DNA from: Ramazzottius varieornatus
Taxonomy: Eukaryota; Animalia; Tardigrada
NCBI GenBank assembly: GCA_001949185.1
Contig: BDGG01000001.1
Span: 8,465,067 to 8,529,066, forward strand
Reading direction: 5' to 3'
DNA length: 64,000 bases
The translations under genes were made by a program, and so were the position numbers. Below the pieces are notes generated by a model. The model searched no databases and was not told the origin of the DNA. It was given only the letters and a program-made list of their open reading frames with translations. This document shows positions 40,452 to 53,159 of the stretch, piece by piece (positions within the stretch are counted from its first letter, which is position 1; each line of letters starts with the position of its first letter).

Positions 40452-43350
40452 TCGTCTGTGCTCAGGTCAAACTGGCAGACAAAACGAATCTTATTCCATT
40501 CCGACAATTTTTCGGTAGTCCAAATCTGGGCAAAGTGTACGTCACCAAATTTCGCAATCATAACTGTGATACGGCGCATCTATTTCGAGCAGCAAGCAAC
40601 AATTTCACGCTGAGGATAACGCATTTTAGTGGCGTCGATAATACATTGGCTGATGCCTTATCTAGATTCGACAACGCGCGATTCTTCGAAAATCGTCCCA
40701 AGGCCAGCAGCGAGCCGATATTGGTAGACAACGTCCTAGATTTTCTACGGGAGATTATGCTAGAACCAGGAAACTTTTCGAGCTCGATGCAAGATCGCGG
40801 GAACTCGTCGGTAAGCGACTGGCTCCCACTTCCAGAAGAGGTTACCGAAGTGGATTTGAGCGACTTCGCTCTTTCTGTTTGAGTCATCGTCTCCCTTATC
40901 TACCTACGGATCGCCCAACGATCAGACGGTTCGTTCTATGGTTAGATAGCGAAGGGCTAAGTGGGAAAACAGCGACATTTTACGTTGCCGGAGTGCGTTC
41001 TAAACAACTAGAGAACAGTTTTGAGGATCCCTGTAAGAACGATCAGTACTTTACGATGATGCTGAAAAGCCCGACTACCAAACCCGTCCAGATAGTTACA
41101 AGAGGAAACCTTTAACGATAGACCATTTACGACAACTCAAATTGGACACATTCGGATCTCGTACAGCTCGTCACGACCAACTAGTGCTGTGGTCGGCTTT
41201 TACCATGGCCTTCTACGGAATGCTACGTGTGTCCGAATACACCAGTTCGAAGGAAACAAGCTCTGACAAATCGAACCTGGATTTCGTCCAAGTATGTTTG
41301 CGGCGGGATAAACCCATCAAAAAAAAAACAGGAGCTTGTTTTGCGAGAAAATTAAAATATGAAATATGGGCTGGTCATACATTGAAATTTCTTCTTTTAA
41401 ATATCTCGCTTCTTGGCCCATGCTTCCTTTGTGGCGTCGTCCACTTGGTTGGTCGGTTTGACTCCTCTCGAATGGCTGGTCGAACGCAGCCCTGTCAAGA
41501 ATATTGCAATCATAACGCTACCGTACCACTTAAGTGGTCGAAATTAATTTTATTCACAAACCTGATTTTTGTTTTGCCAACATGTTCGTGTATCAATCTT
41601 CAGAACGAACTTTACTGCTTTCACGAGGGCTATCACGGTCTGCAATGAGCATTGTCAGTAAACAATTTTGTCACTCATCCTATTAGAATTATCAAGTTTA
41701 CTAACATTTCTCCTTGCTGGGCGAATACTCGTTTTCCGTGAAATTTTCCGGATCATATAACTCCTCTTCGGCGTACTCTTCTGTTCCGGTTGATAATTTA
41801 TCAACAGCAATACTGCGGTCTGCGGTTGTATCACGGAAATATGAAGCGGATGGACCAGGACTGTGGACTGTTGTCACTTCGGAAGAATGAACAGAGCTTG
41901 TAGGAGAGAGAAGACGTCCGTCCACTGGCTTCGAGACTGCAGACCCTTCATAGTCAAAGACAGGGGATGAGGATCGTTTATTCATGGACTTTGGCCGGAA
42001 AAGAGAACGACGGGGCATCTTTGTTGTCGAATGTTGTGACTGTAGGTCAGTGTCTTCTTCCTCCATTTGGTCGCTGCTGGTGTGCAGAGGAGATGCACTC
42101 TTGTGCCATTCTTTCCTTGCTCTTTGATTGACAAGACGACTGCGTTTGGACCTCATCTCTTGCTCTTTCTTCTAGCAGCAGTCTTTTTCCCTTTCTTCGG
42201 TGCCTTTTTGAGCTTCTTGTTAAGGGAAAGAGGAAACAGAAAGTGGGTCACGAGCGGAACGTATCAATAACATGGGATTTTGGTAGCCAGTCTGTATTGA
42301 ATTTTCGTAAATATCTGGCTAAAAGATCTGTTCATTCTATAGTGGCCATACCTTGTTCTTTCGGTCCTCTTCGAGCACAGTGAACTATCGCTCCATGTCT
42401 CTGAAGCTATCTCCCACCGCGTAGACGGTGGCTTTGGACTTGTTGAAGGCAGCAGTCCAAAACAGACGAAGCTTCATTCCTGGCTCAAGCGCTTTCTTAT
42501 GCCGCTGCTTCTCCTTGATGTCTTCATCGTGTCTTTCTAAAATCTTGTCCGGAAAGATTTTGCTTGGTGGAAGGAGGTGGTAGTAGTCATCGTCGTACGG
42601 GAATATGACCGTCACTAGAACAACAAGCCCTAGTTCGATTGTTATTAAAAACAGGATTGCCGCATAAAAAGAAAGAGAGAAACTTACGGCCAGCATCCCG
42701 TGTTCGAGTCAGATGGCTAAGGAAGGCTTTAAGTGTTCATCGGGACAACGTATGCTGACTCTGTACAGCATATAATTAACGTGTGCTCTATTTCTCTTCC
42801 AGAAATTCCTCCAACTGCAGAAGTCAGAAAAACTCCCTCATAACACGAGTACGACACGTGGGGCATGATTGAGCAAATAGCCATGGTTATCATATGGTTT
42901 TTTCCACTCAAATGCATTTTTACGCTTTGGGTTTACCAGTAAGTTTGCTCAGCATTTACTTATTAACATTCAATTTGCATTTATCGTCAACTGTCTGCAT
43001 ATTAGGCCATTAGCAATGTCCTGAAACTTGCCCATAAAGCGTTATGTAGATACCTCGTCAAATTACCGATCGCTAGGGCATGGAGCAGATTAGAGCTATG
43101 GGCAGATGGAACATCAATGTTTCCAATCGCTACGTCCGACCAAACATGGTCTCCTTAACCCAGACTATGCAGCGAATATCAGGTTTTTTCTAATGAGCCC
43201 TCGCTTGGGGTCCGTGTTTGGGACTGTGCGAAGGCTGGGCAAATGGTTTGCACAATTGTTTATGTCCGCTCACCTTGGCAGTTTACCCTCATTTACCCCA
43301 AGTACTTTCCGTGTTCGTTTCGTAATCAAGGAAAGTCCAGGTGTCAAAGA
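40452..43350 (+). mobile_element. Truncated Ngaro/DIRS copy (family B): RNaseH end, YR and 3' end, with central YR replaced by foreign DNA
   Basis: 40452-41318 aligns with about 62087-62986; 43079-43350 aligns with about 63233-63500. Confidence 0.92.
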
Positions 43351-45320
43351 GAGTTAACGCCGCAGGTGTTACACTACCGTTGACGCCATTTTGGGTTTTC
43401 TCTCATCACAAAATAGTAATTTCACTAGGTTGCCATGTGCATCACAAGTAGCTCACACGTCTAAATTTATAGATGGAGTTGGTCGTCCTGTCACAAAGTG
43501 AGCGCGTCAGCTTTTTATGCTTCCGAGCGTTTTGTCCGAGCTTTTTTACGTCAGATTTAGCCAACTCTTTCAAATGGCAAACTCCCGACCAGAGACTCCC
43601 AAAGCGGCTGTACCTGTGGGATTTCGCGATGGTCCCAGTGGGCGAAGTCGATATGGGTCCGAATATCCGGTTGGCCCTGACGACAGTCAACCTCCTACCA
43701 CGACCCTGGAGGTACCTCTCGCTGAAAGACTTCGTTCGGCACTGAAAGTCGTCCCGCGCGCAGTCAGTGTGGATCGCGTTCTGGAGTTTTTCCCGGTCTT
43801 CGACCTGCTGAATCAAGGAATCTACTCGAACTCTTCCGACGCACATATGAGTATCGGCGGCCTAGTATTCCAGCGATGACCTTCGACATGCTTGAACCTG
43901 CTGTTACAATAGAAGTCGCTCCTCTCAGGAGGCTTCCTTGTTAACTGCTATCCCGCACTTGAACGTAGGTTCTGTAACGATTTAGCCTTCGCTGTTCGAG
44001 AGTTTCCGTCGTCGATGCGCGACCTATCGGTCCGGTTATGCTGCCGACCTCCGAAGGGGATCGGGAAGTCATTAAAAAGACGAACGAAGTTGTTTCGTAG
44101 TTGGATAAGCAGAAAGAACGGTCTGTAGCTTATAGCTTACGGTGCACTCAGTAAGGCACAATTGAGCGAGGTTCACACTGCGCTGGTAAATCAGAGCAGC
44201 CTTTCATATGGTCATTGGGACAGAAGCAGCAGAAAATTCTACCAGTACAAGCAGGAACTCGAACTAAGGCCGAGGCATCAAAAAGTGACGCGCAGTTCCT
44301 GGCCGTGGCTTGGTTGCCGCAAAAGGATATTCTGAAGCAGGAAGCAATACAGGTCTTTGTTAGACATTGTGTATGGAACAGTACTTTGGAAGGTTTGTCG
44401 TGCGGCGTAACTATTATGGCCTGGCTGATGCTCGGAGACCAGCACGGGAACGCGGATGTGGTGGAAAAGCCGGGTTGTGGAGTGAAGCTGTGGAATTTGA
44501 AGCAACTGGCACAATGGAGTAATCCCCTTGGTGAGAATGAGTACTTCAGAAAGCGCAAGAGATGGCTGATGAAACCAAAAACCAGCAGTTACTGGCAAGG
44601 ATTTCTGCAAACCAGAACAATAATCAATCCATTCGTCCATCCATTAATTGTAAATAACCGAACGAAATATGTCCTCTGCGAGCAAGATTTTATTGTTTTA
44701 AATGTTGCGCCAGTTATTCATGCACACCGCATTACGTCATATGTTACTCTAAACGTTTTACAGTGCATCGACCAGAAATTTCGAGCACGATTGCACAATC
44801 ATTCAGTACCTATTTGGAAGCAAAACGTTTGACAGTCTTCATTATTCTATTTGCTACATTTGTTCGCTTTTGAGCCTTGATCACATTCCGGTCATCGGCA
44901 GCGGCGCCAATGCTTATCCTTAACGGTTCGCGCAATTCAATACTACTATGTACAGTAAATCGTAACCGTGTCACGCATCTACCGTAGATACAGGCCACGT
45001 CGTCAGGTCTTAATGCCCTGCTATTTATGCATACCAAGTCTGCCATGTCGGTGTTTCGCGGTTGGATCAGCCACCAAAGTTTCCATCTCACGATATTGTA
45101 CGCTTCTTCAACATTCTCGTAGCAACATATAGTATCTCAGAGGCTACTACCACACCCGTATTGCTCCACACCGATACACTCCGTACTTGGTGTTGCACCT
45201 ATCGACAGTGACTGCGAATCTTACGCACTCCAGTACCACTATGGAGTGGCAGAAACGAAAAGAAACTAGCAAAATGCTAGGGTACGTAGATGCGATGATT
45301 TTGTACCGTCGAGCAGAACA

Positions 45321-46948
45321 GATCTTTACGCTTTCCTGTCAAATGTCGCTTCTGATCAGTTGAACGAATTGTTATCACAGTCGGCTCTTGTAGTACGAAC
45401 GACTGAAGCCGGTGTGCTCCACAGTTTGGTCGCACTTACTTCTATCCTTGCGGCCGGAAACATCTGCCACAAGCCGACACTGGCAGGAACTCAGCGTATT
45501 ACCCCTGCTTTGAACTTCTTGAAAATTGGACCTCAAGGTACAAACATTTCTACGAACAAGTTCGCATGAAACTACTGTAAACAGTTCCGCAATCACAACA
45601 GCCAGCAAGGTCAACTTTACTCCATCTTGTAGGATGTGGAAAAACCCAGGCGCTAAACACCTTGTGTATTGGCATCTTGGACAAGATACAATCACTCACG
45701 AACAAGGCCCTTTATGATGCACCAGGAAACACAGCTTGTAAGATACGTTCTCTTGTCATGGACAGAATATATGAAAATTGAAACCAGGGCGTTACTTTAA
45801 CAGGTCTGCGGAAATTACTTCGAGATACTAAAGGTCTGCGCGGAATCGTCGTAGATGAGATAGCTGACACACTGAACGGCTTGACCACCAGCACCCAAGG
45901 ATACAACGCCATGTCTCATCTCCACAATGCTTTTAGCGGTGGAAAAATTCAAACATCGTTCGTCAAAGCAGCAAGCGACAGCATAACGAATGCCTGTGTT
46001 ACCATCGCTGGCACGATTCATCCTCTGGCCTTTGCTAGCGTGGTTCGCTTGTGGAACATCGGCAACGGATTTAAAGAGCGTTGGCTACCAATCACGCATG
46101 TCGAAGAAATGCCGCCATAGCGACATTCCCACAAAGCTCAGGCCGAGCGACCAAAGCAAGACATTTTGATGCAAATCTTTACAGCACTCTCCACCTACTT
46201 CACGTTGGCTAAAGACGAAATTGAAGTAGCCGCTACTGCCGAAGCATGCGAAAGAGTTTACCAGTTCTCTGAGTCCTAAGCCGTTCAAAGCTGCAACCTT
46301 CGGAACGACAACGCCAGACTTCATCAGCGAGAAACGGAGTTCACCAAGTATAATCATAAGGCAGAGGCAGAGGACCTGATGCAAAAGCTGGCGCTGGTGC
46401 TCCAAGTTCTCAAAAATGCTATAGCAAGCTACACCGAAACAGGTAACACTCTTTTGAAAATAAAATAATGTACCATTTACGACATGAATCTTACTCTACC
46501 TTCAAGAAACCTTCTTAAATGTCACCAAATAGCAATCAAGTTGTGAGACTGACATCTGCAGTCAACATGTGAAACTTCATACCTTCCAGACGACATAGAT
46601 ATACCTCTTCATCTGGAACTACTCACCGTCAAGCGAGCCATCAAGTACGTGGAGACCTGTCTCAGCGTACTTGAATTATTCTGTATGGACCCTAGTCACC
46701 GCAGTGATAGCGAAAATTTGCTCGCACTAAATGGTTCCTTCCTTACACCGCGACTAATCAAAGAAGCTACGCTTTACAAGAACTGCTACTCCTTTGCCGA
46801 ACCGGAGGCGTTCAGATCATTGTGTCAAGAACTCCAGCGAAAAAAATTGGGAAAACTCATTGAGGTTCCGGCGCTGGCGAATTTCCTGAACATAACGCTG
46901 GTGTTCTACAAGTATCCCCCAGGAATACTCGAAACGACTGACAACTAA
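45321..46948 (+). pseudogene. YfjI/DUF3987-like AAA+ helicase gene with spliceosomal introns and C-terminal winged-helix-like region, decayed
   Basis: Splicing 45538-45632 gives Walker A IGPQGCGKTQA; then GVTLTGLRKLL, Walker B GIVVDE, IAGTIHP, GNGFKERWL, KA..LMQKLALVLQVL, TVKRAIKYV; several in-frame stops. Confidence 0.75.
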
Positions 46949-47790
46949 AACCATAGACATGTCGATTAATGAATACAACTCATCATATCAAGCTACGCTC
47001 ATAATGCGCACAAAAACAGGCAAGGACCTTAAGGAAGGCCTTGAAATAATCCAAGCCAACAATCCTTACGAACACCACACATGTAACAGAAACCAGATTC
47101 TCACACTGATGAACATCGAGACTTGAGCTGCGATTTTTCTCGACAGATGAAACTCCAAGACTTGTCAAGACGTCCAGAACCGTCCATGCAGCCGTGCACT
47201 CTGAACTGCAAGCCATCTTGACAGCTCCTCAAATTGGGAACGCCAAAAACTTACAAAATAGTAACGAGGTTGTATAGGATTCACAAAAAACGCTCCCTGC
47301 ACATGATACTAATAAGACTATTAAGAACTTGCCTCATAGCTAATAGGTCGGCCTGATGATGTTTTCTTAACACTACCGCATACAAAGCGGTTTTATTTCA
47401 AAGCATTCCAACAGACCAGCATCCGTGACAGGAGGTTGCACCAGACAAACATGGCAACGTTGGCGATCTTCCTCCAACAGGAAAACACATTTCATCTACG
47501 GATAGCAGTTCATGTGTCTTTCCCATTATTAAGACTCCCCATAACGAGTTCTCCGCGAATGGAAACGTATGCCGGCCTTCTTAAACTCAACACTTGATAC
47601 ATCAGCGATCACTTCACCCAAACCGATTCTAACAATGGCACAGGCTCTCCGCCAACACAACGAAACCGTGCAACACTCAGCACACGAATTCACCCGGGTT
47701 GCTTTTCCAAGTAGCGGACGCTCTCCCGAGACAATCTAACCGTGCGCCACTGAAACGTTAACACCTTACACATCAAGGTAATCGATCTGC

Positions 47791-48116
47791 CCTCCAAAGT
47801 ATACAACCTTCTGGAGGTCAGAGGTTTTTGCGTCAACGTTCGACTTAGAGAACAATGACTTTTACCTAACCTCCAAAGTATACTACCTTAACAAACTCAA
47901 AAGAAAACTCCCCGTACACAATACTCGTACAAAAGTACGTATAAGACATAACATATACAAACCAACTACGTACAAAATACGTACAAAATTTACCCAGAGT
48001 ACATACAAGAAGATTAAAATTAACGGCGCATAGACACCACCTTTCTTTCTCCACACAGTGTTGATAGTGGAACTTCAGCGCGAGCGTCGGCCGAACAAGT
48101 TAGCCGAGATCCTACT
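47791..48116 (+). repeat. Short direct repeats followed by a Helitron-like 3' hairpin
   Basis: cctccaaagtatacWacctt x2 (47791, 47870); cgtacaaaa x3; hairpin tcggccgaacaagttagccga (48087-48107), then CTAC|T at 48112-48116. Confidence 0.45.
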
Positions 48117-50369
48117 CATTTACGGCACGTACCATACACGCTGCAAAAGCATGGAAACATGAACATTGACCAGTATTTGCTGTGATCATGGTGCCGAGCC
48201 CCTGTCGCTCCTGATTTTCCGGTGGCTGGTTGCACCGTCCATGTATACTGTAAGACATGAGCACTCATGATGCTCATGATGTTGACATGATGCTTTGGTA
48301 CTTGACCGACCACCAGCGCCGGCAACTTCGGAAGCTTCGATCGCCTCCGAAAATCAATGTTTGTGTGCCTGGCCGTCAGTGGCTACCAGTGGCTACCAGT
48401 GGCTTCTGCGGCTCCTGTGAGTACCAGTAAGTACCAGGACGGTGCAAACCTCGGTGTCAAAGTCTCTTGACCATGCAGTACGGACAGCTATCGTTGCCGG
48501 GACGGTCCCACCGATCTTTAATATTTGCGTGACCAGTTGTGTTTACTCTTCAATCAGCCAACCAGTAGAACTAATCAAGATGGGTATGCAACATGGACGA
48601 CAGTATGTACATGGAGTGTTGCACGTGAAGGATAACGTTGAGAGCGTGCGAAAAGTCAGTCAACTGCTCACATTTGCCCTCTCGCATACTGCAACCCTCA
48701 CAGTTGGTTGGGAGGGGCTCCACCTCTGCTATGCGATTAGCTTAGGCCAAATAAAACATAGAATTGTGACGCGAGTCTGCGCCTGTTCACGAAAATTTGA
48801 CGAACATCTCGAACAACTCTCAGCATCTGGCAATTTTTTCAGATTTCTAAAACAGATTCGTCCGCTGGTCAAGAGAAAAATATGAAGGTTAGCCGTTTCA
48901 AGTTGATAGGTGACGCACTGTATATCATCTTCCTAATTTTATTCAATTTAGAAGACGGTGATTCGTCCTATGTGACCAAGCCCCCAGGTTCGACCTGTTA
49001 AAAAAACGCGGAAGCGACTTTCCCACCTGGTATTCAGAAAACCCGAAGCCGCGTGGTGCTCAAGGTGTTGGTTGAGCGGAGTGACCAGTTCATGCGAACT
49101 CACGACGGGCCAAATGTTCGCTGTGAGTCAATTTCTGAGTTGACTGAGGTGTTCCTTCTCTTCGTGTGAAATCGATTGTTTACACTTTACCACACCACTG
49201 GTTCCGTTTCCACTTCTCATATTTAGTCGCAAAACTTGCGGTCTGAACGGACCATAATATGAAACATGCGTAAAGTAAGAATATTCAAGACTGGCGGCCA
49301 CGCGACTTGGAGCGAAAAACCACCAATGCGCGCGTCATCAGGTCACCATGACTGATTCTAGTGACTCAATGCGTACACGTGCTACAAATTGGTTACACAT
49401 ATCCTACCGCGTGTAGGACTCCACCTGGTTCCGATGCGGCCACGTTCGATAGGGACTTCGTCCTTGTGCATCATACCGCTTCCGTAGATAGAAAGAGCAC
49501 ATGGTTTCGGAACCTCAAGCGGCGCTGTAGGTCTAATAGACACTCGGTTTGATTTGGTAGGCCTTTCTATTATCTCGTTACGCCAAGCATGACGCTGACT
49601 AGTACGTGCAGCAGCCGCATGCAAGACACAGCGGGGAGAAAAATACTCGAATTCACCACCTTGAACTTCGCCGGCACAGCGTCACCGTTCTTGCGGCGTG
49701 TGAGGTACAGCATGCTGAATTTCGCACGACTGAGTAGTATGCGCTGGCTAGAAAGGACGTAGTCCCAAGTGAGCCTTCAACTCATATCGCCGTTTGCGAT
49801 AAAATTATCGAGCAACTTGAAAGAACTGATGCTTAACTTGTCAGCAAACGTAAGGGTGGGTACATTTTTGAGGCTTCCCTCTGATCATGGTGTGAGAGAG
49901 TTTTGCAGCCCGTTTTATCCCCTCTAACGCAGACAAAGACCAGTGTCCTGGTCCAGCACATACCAGGAGCAATCCCAGCACAATTCTTGGTAATCTACTG
50001 AGCACCTTCGAAATACAACTGTTGTTTCGGCACTGAAACTACAAAGTTTTCCGCACAGCCTTTATGAAACTTCTAATAGAGACCGTCAACCAGGCTCAGA
50101 AATCGAATTGATTGCGAGAGGCCTGGTATTTTTCTGCCTAACAGAGCGACGCCGGCGATATGGTCGGGAACGACGAATCAAAGCCTGCGATTTTTCACCA
50201 ATCGAGTAAGTCAAATGCGGTTCAGATTCAATAGTTGTTAATGAAGATGATTCTGACACTTATGATCAAATGAGACTGATAACCGAGAGGGTACAAAGTG
50301 CAATTTCGGACGCAGAATAAGTTGCGGAAGTTCTTGCGCCAAAATATTCGGCCAGGAGCACCCCAGAAC

Positions 50370-51559
50370 GCCACTTGCACAGCCATAACAACCGGCAACG
50401 AGACGGTTCGATCCCTCTCTTTTCAACGCGACTCCGATTGGGAAGCAGAAAATGCTGTTAAAAAATGATTTTTATATAGACTAAACATTTCTAGCGTCTT
50501 CCGCAGTAGTTGACTCGTCGACCCTTCCACTGGCTCCGGTAACAAGAAAGGGCGAGCGAAGCCAGCTCGGAAAGCAAGAACAACTCCATCAGTACATTCA
50601 TTCATTGCGACAAGCAAGACACAGAAGATGACAATTTGATTCCTTGTAACAGGTGCAAGAATTCCTACCATATAGCTTGTCAGTCCCTCGACCCAAGTGC
50701 TTGAAACAGAATCCGCAAACAAAGAAAATCTTTGTGAAACTTAACATGCAATACAGTACACGACTTCATATGAGCTTTGCTACTGCGCGGAAGAGCTCGT
50801 ATTTTCGACGAGCTGCACACGTACACGGTAACTTTTAAACACTGCAAAGCTCAACATTCAGTACGAGTAACACCATATTGAACGGTTTTTCTTTCTATTT
50901 TCGCATTTCGGCGTCCAGCACATTAGACGGGACTGCTTTTCCTACTACTATTGCGATGTATAGACAGTTAAAGGTACAGTGTAGAATAAAATACCTTCCG
51001 AAAAATAGCTTGGATGGTACCAAGTGACTTCAAGCAAACAAATTTGGAGATCTGGCAGATAGGAAATATAATTGGTTACCTGTATATAAGACTCACCGTC
51101 CATTTTCAGAAGTTAATTTCGGCGGAAAATGTACAAGTATGTAAGAACAATGTCCAAAAGCGACAATGCAATTAGTACCTGATGTTCTGGCGAAGCTGAG
51201 AGAATGACAGGTGGGAGAGGTTCCAAATGGTACAGTCAGACTCGGTAACCACACGGTATTCTTTTGGGGGAAACTAAGCGCGCGACAGGTGTGGGTTTTG
51301 TGGCGCTCCAATCACGGTTGTCGTTGCGAAGGTCTTTGACGGGAGAAGAAGCTAAATTAGCTGAGGCTCCATGTTTCCAAGTGTTCGGTTTTGTTGATGA
51401 AAGCTGTAGGTATGGCGGGAGCAGAAAAAGTTCTGTCTGCATTCGATACTAACAAACAAAGATATATAACAAAAATCAATACTAACGATCGATATTAATG
51501 CCACTTGCACAGCCATAACAACCGGCAACGAGACGGTTCGATCCCTCTTTTCAACGCGA
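50370..51559 (+). repeat. Pair of about 60-bp near-identical direct repeats (50370-50431, 51500-51559)
   Basis: gccacttgcacagccataacaaccggcaacgagacggttcgatccctct..tttcaacgcga occurs twice. Confidence 0.9.
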
Positions 51560-53159
51560 TGTTAATGAGATTCGACGATCCCACTTCCTTCCATGATAAA
51601 CCACTCCGCAAACATGGGTGTCACTTTGAAGTGAGTCGCCCACCCCTTTCGAGTTTATACGCAAAATAAGTATTAATGCGATCGATAACGTCATTATACA
51701 GCGCTGTTAGGCGCATGCCGATGACGTGTTTAATCCCGTTTCTACTTCGTACGGCTTACAGCGGGAGGCGCGATAGAGCTCAGGTACACACACATTTTAA
51801 AAAATGCTGTATTACGCTGTACGACTTTTCGCGAAAGTTCGAAGATTCTAAACAGTGCTGAAATAAAAGAACGTGCAAACTGAGACAGCGTTCAACCAGG
51901 TTCGGTTGGTCCAGCCGAGCGGGCGAGACGTTTTTAAAGGGAGACTCGGGCAATGTTAAGTTTGACCACCCACGCGATGGCACTTTTTGGGGCGGACTCG
52001 GAGCCAAACTCGTTGCCATTGGCTGACGCATTTAAGCGCTGTCGTATCCAGTGCACTCATGCCCAGTGAAGTGCGCGCTCGGCTGTGCAGTGGTGTACCA
52101 TTTGCTAATTAAAGGAACTCTGGCTGAATTCTTGCCAGGAAACGATGTAATATTTTCAGCACTTTTGGCGTCCTGTACTCGAGGCCAGCCAACTAGCATG
52201 ACCGCCTGGCCATGTAGCTCAACAGACCCGTTTGTGCTGTACCAAGACCGACACCTGACTTTTCTAACTCGCCAAACTGGCAAATACTTTTCTAGCCGCT
52301 AATTTTCTCAGCTACAGGCGGACTTTCGAATATGACACTAACTCACGAGCATCCCTAACACCTTTCGCTGTTCTAAGCCAGGCAGAAACAGAAAATAGCA
52401 GGGAGATCATGTCGGGAGAAATCTCAGAAGTCATTCGAAAATGGAGTCCGATATCAGGGAGCGTATTTTCTACAGACGGCAGTGGAAGCGAAGCCAGTAA
52501 CACCACATATCGGCCAGACCAAGCCAAACTTTCACGGCATTGACGGCCTGCGCCGTTGTGCCGGTACAATTTTCACTTTTTCTACTGAAACTCTGAACGA
52601 CTAAAACTCCGCTAACTACCACGCGAAAAAGCATCGTTTCACAAGAATTACTAGAGTAATCTCTCGCTGGGAACATTTTCCTTTGCTTTCTGCCCTCTCA
52701 TCCTGCAAAACCTACTTCGTTCATTTAGCACATGTGTGAGGTGTTCTTGCACAAGGGCAACGAGCTCTGTAGCTTTCCGAGGTTGCTGCAAATTTGATGT
52801 CCAGTGGCAGACTGCGTCACACGGTGTCCCACCCATGATAATTATGCTCAGTTAAACCCTTTAATTCCCTTAATTCAAGTCCTTCCATCTGGACTGTCGA
52901 ATTCCCGTTTGGGTGGCCCCAGAGTATCCAGATAGATTGATTGGGGGTAAAAGCCATCTATTTCTGAGGATCTATCTGGTGTGACAAACTCCGGTAGGCT
53001 ATCGGGCTAGCCAGAGCTGCACAATCTCGTAAGTGGCTCCAATCAACCGGACCACCTGTTGATTTGTGGTGTTGTATGCCTGTGGCTACCTGTGTTGTCT
53101 TTGCTTACAGAAATTTCCAGCGTCCAAGGAAACACCAACGGGGAACTGGGGAAACAGCT

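Noticed and set aside
43440-44600. gag- or integrase-like ORFs
   Set aside because: Coding-like but no diagnostic motif; left unassigned
48051-48060. CACAGTG heptamer suggesting a Transib/EnSpm end or RSS
   Set aside because: No matching opposite TIR or nonamer found in the window
51900-52836. Possible piggyBac transposase remnant (VKVWLGLAD)
   Set aside because: Single weak motif; no TIR or TTAA-bounded ends found
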